This document shows positions 43,350 through 44,538 of a stretch of 44,538 bases of DNA, piece by piece. The translations under genes were made by a program, and so were the position numbers. The DNA comes from an uncultured Planctomycetaceae bacterium (GTDB lineage: Bacteria; Planctomycetota; Phycisphaerae; SM23-33), in contig CAZYIH010000001.1 in NCBI GenBank assembly GCA_964646915.1, positions 1 to 44,538 of the forward strand, in the 5' to 3' direction. The notes beneath the pieces were generated by a model. The model was not told where the DNA came from and ran no database searches. It saw only the letters and a list, made by a program, of their open reading frames with translations. Numbering within the stretch: the stretch's first letter is position 1; each line of letters begins with the position of its first letter.

Positions 43350-44036
43350 ATGAACCGCTTGCGTTTGCCCATCCTGTTGGCTGTGTTGACCGTCGCCTGC
43401 CTTGGCGGGTGCGTCGAGGTCGGTCCGTCGACTTCCCGTCCGGTTCCCGCCCGTATCGGCTGCCACAAGCCCGACCCCGCCGAGCTGCGGCGCGTGCGAC
43501 GGGTGGTGTTCATTCACCTCGCCCGGGAAGGAGAGGGCACGACGCTGGACGTTGCCGACGTGATGACCAAAGCCGTCCACGAAGCCCTGCTGGACAAGAA
43601 ACTCTTCGCGATCGAGCTGGTCGACCGCACCAGTGAACTCTACCGCGATCTGAAGCTCGACGAGCCCCGGCGCTACACCATCGACGACATCCAGACCATC
43701 CGAAAGACGCTCGATTGCGACGCGGTACTGATCGGTAAGGTCCGCGATTTCCAGCAAATGCCTCGCATGCAGGTCGGTCTGTATCTTAGCTTGGTGGATG
43801 TGAACGAAGGACGCGTCGTCTGGGGTGTGGACCATTACTGGGACACGACCGACCGGGCCGTCCAGAGACGGATTAAGTCCTTCTTTGAGAACAAGATGCG
43901 AACCGGGTACGGGCCCGCGCACTACGAGCTGGGCCTGGCCAGCCCCCGGATGTTCGGCAAGTTTGTCGCGTGGGAAACCGCCGCGACACTCACGCCCCCG
44001 CCGCCGAGGCCGAATATTCCGCCGCGTCGGCGCTGA
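43350..44036 (+). CDS. lipoprotein with LpoB/FlgO/CsgG-like alpha-beta fold signature (228 aa)
   Basis: Lipobox LTVACLGGC. The pattern VVFIHL....G..LDVADVMTKAVHEALLDKKLFAIELVDR...L......DIQTIRKTLDCDAVLIGKV.......VGLYLSLVDVNEGRVVW is characteristic of the TolB-N/LpoB/FlgO-type periplasmic lipoprotein fold. Pro/Arg-rich tail. Confidence 0.6.
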   Translation: MNRLRLPILLAVLTVACLGGCVEVGPSTSRPVPARIGCHKPDPAELRRVRRVVFIHLAREGEGTTLDVADVMTKAVHEALLDKKLFAIELVDRTSELYRDLKLDEPRRYTIDDIQTIRKTLDCDAVLIGKVRDFQQMPRMQVGLYLSLVDVNEGRVVWGVDHYWDTTDRAVQRRIKSFFENKMRTGYGPAHYELGLASPRMFGKFVAWETAATLTPPPPRPNIPPRRR

Positions 44037-44175
44037 TCGTGTGCAGTGCAGGCACGCCCGTGCCGAACTGCGGGGGCTGTTTTCAGAAGGCTATGCTTTT
44101 CAGTGACTTAGGGTAGGATTTGTGTAGCGGCTGAACTTCGGGACGGAAAAACTCCACCGTTTATGGAGAAATCGT

Positions 44176-44202
44176 TCAAGCTCGCTGGATGATCCGCGAG
44201 AA
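44176..44202 (+). promoter_or_regulatory. sigma28-like promoter candidate upstream of flgM
   Basis: TCAA-N15-CGCGAGAA against TAAA-N15-GCCGATAA. It shares TCAA-N15-CnCGAnAA with the flgN candidate and lies ~36 nt upstream of the flgM ATG. Confidence 0.25.
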
Positions 44203-44237
44203 TAACAGTAGCAGGAGCGGTGGAAGGAGATGGACCC

Positions 44238-44522
44238 ATGAAGATCAATGGACCATACGGATTCGAGCCTCCCGGCTTGAACAACCGCTCGGATAAGCCC
44301 GGCAAGTCCGGCAAGTCCGACCAGAGCGGCAAGGCCGGCAAGACCCCTGGCGGGTCGCTGGTGCAGGCCGCGCATAATTCGTTTGTCAGCCTCGCGCTGC
44401 AGACCGAAGAAGTCAACACGCAGGCGGTCAACGAGGCCCGCAACCTCCTGGAAAATGGTCAGCTCGACACGCCCGCTGCCGCCCGCAGGACGGCCGAGGC
44501 GATCCTCGACCTGGGATTCTGA
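44238..44522 (+). CDS. flgM: anti-sigma28 factor
   Basis: ATG at 44238 lies 8 nt after AAGGAG. 94 aa with a Gly/Lys/Ser-rich disordered N-terminus and the C-terminus VNTQAVNEARNLLENGQLDTPAAARRTAEAILDL, which fits the FlgM sigma28-binding helices. Confidence 0.75.
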   Translation: MKINGPYGFEPPGLNNRSDKPGKSGKSDQSGKAGKTPGGSLVQAAHNSFVSLALQTEEVNTQAVNEARNLLENGQLDTPAAARRTAEAILDLGF

Positions 44523-44538
44523 CCGCAACCACGACGTG

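Noticed and set aside
44050-44064. aGGCACgcccgTGCc, a sigma54-like element upstream of flgM
   Set aside because: The GG-to-GC spacing is one nucleotide short of the strict -24/-12 spacing and there is no TTGC. The sequence is also a GGCAC/GTGCC palindrome, so at most it is a weak hairpin after the lipoprotein gene.
1-44538. Search for tRNA/rRNA genes, CRISPR arrays, transposases, integrases, phage genes, toxin-antitoxin pairs or defence systems
   Set aside because: Nothing with the expected signatures was recognised. No transposase or integrase motifs, no terminal inverted repeats flanking a block and no cloverleaf-like segments were seen in the few intergenic gaps. The window is essentially saturated by flagellar genes.

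Overview
GC-rich window (well above 60% by eye) that is almost entirely a flagellar gene island from a diderm bacterium; flgH and flgI (L- and P-ring) are present. The taxon cannot be assigned from sequence alone. Two divergent super-operons flank a 638-bp control region (18283-18920). That region carries two near-perfect, back-to-back sigma54 (-24/-12) promoters. The minus-strand arm is fliK-flgD-flgE-[membrane PilZ protein]-flgF-flgG-flgA-flgH-flgI-[rod-binding FlgJ-like]-flgN-flgK-flgL. It is followed by a separately sigma54-promoted module of two TPR-glycosyltransferase fusions, a TPR protein and a FliT-like protein. The plus-strand arm opens with an unusual 1000-aa bitopic protein carrying five tandem FliM-N-terminus-like 'DQDAIDAMM' peptides. 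It continues with a secreted TPR protein and an NtrC-family sigma54 activator. Then come flgB-flgC-fliE-fliF-fliG-fliH-fliI-fliJ-[YlxF/MotE-like]-motA-motB1-motB2-fliL-fliM-fliN. A clean intrinsic terminator and a further sigma54-type promoter follow, then fliO-fliP-fliQ-fliR-flhB-flhA-[small 2-TM protein]-fliA-[four small or lipoprotein genes]-flgM. Many gene junctions are ATGA/GTGA/TAATG overlaps, indicating translational coupling. Not seen: flagellin, fliD, fliS, flhF, flhG, che genes, tRNA/rRNA, CRISPR or mobile elements. The many long ORFs antisense to the recognised genes are GC-driven artefacts. All functional calls rest on motif and family recognition by eye, because no database search was possible.
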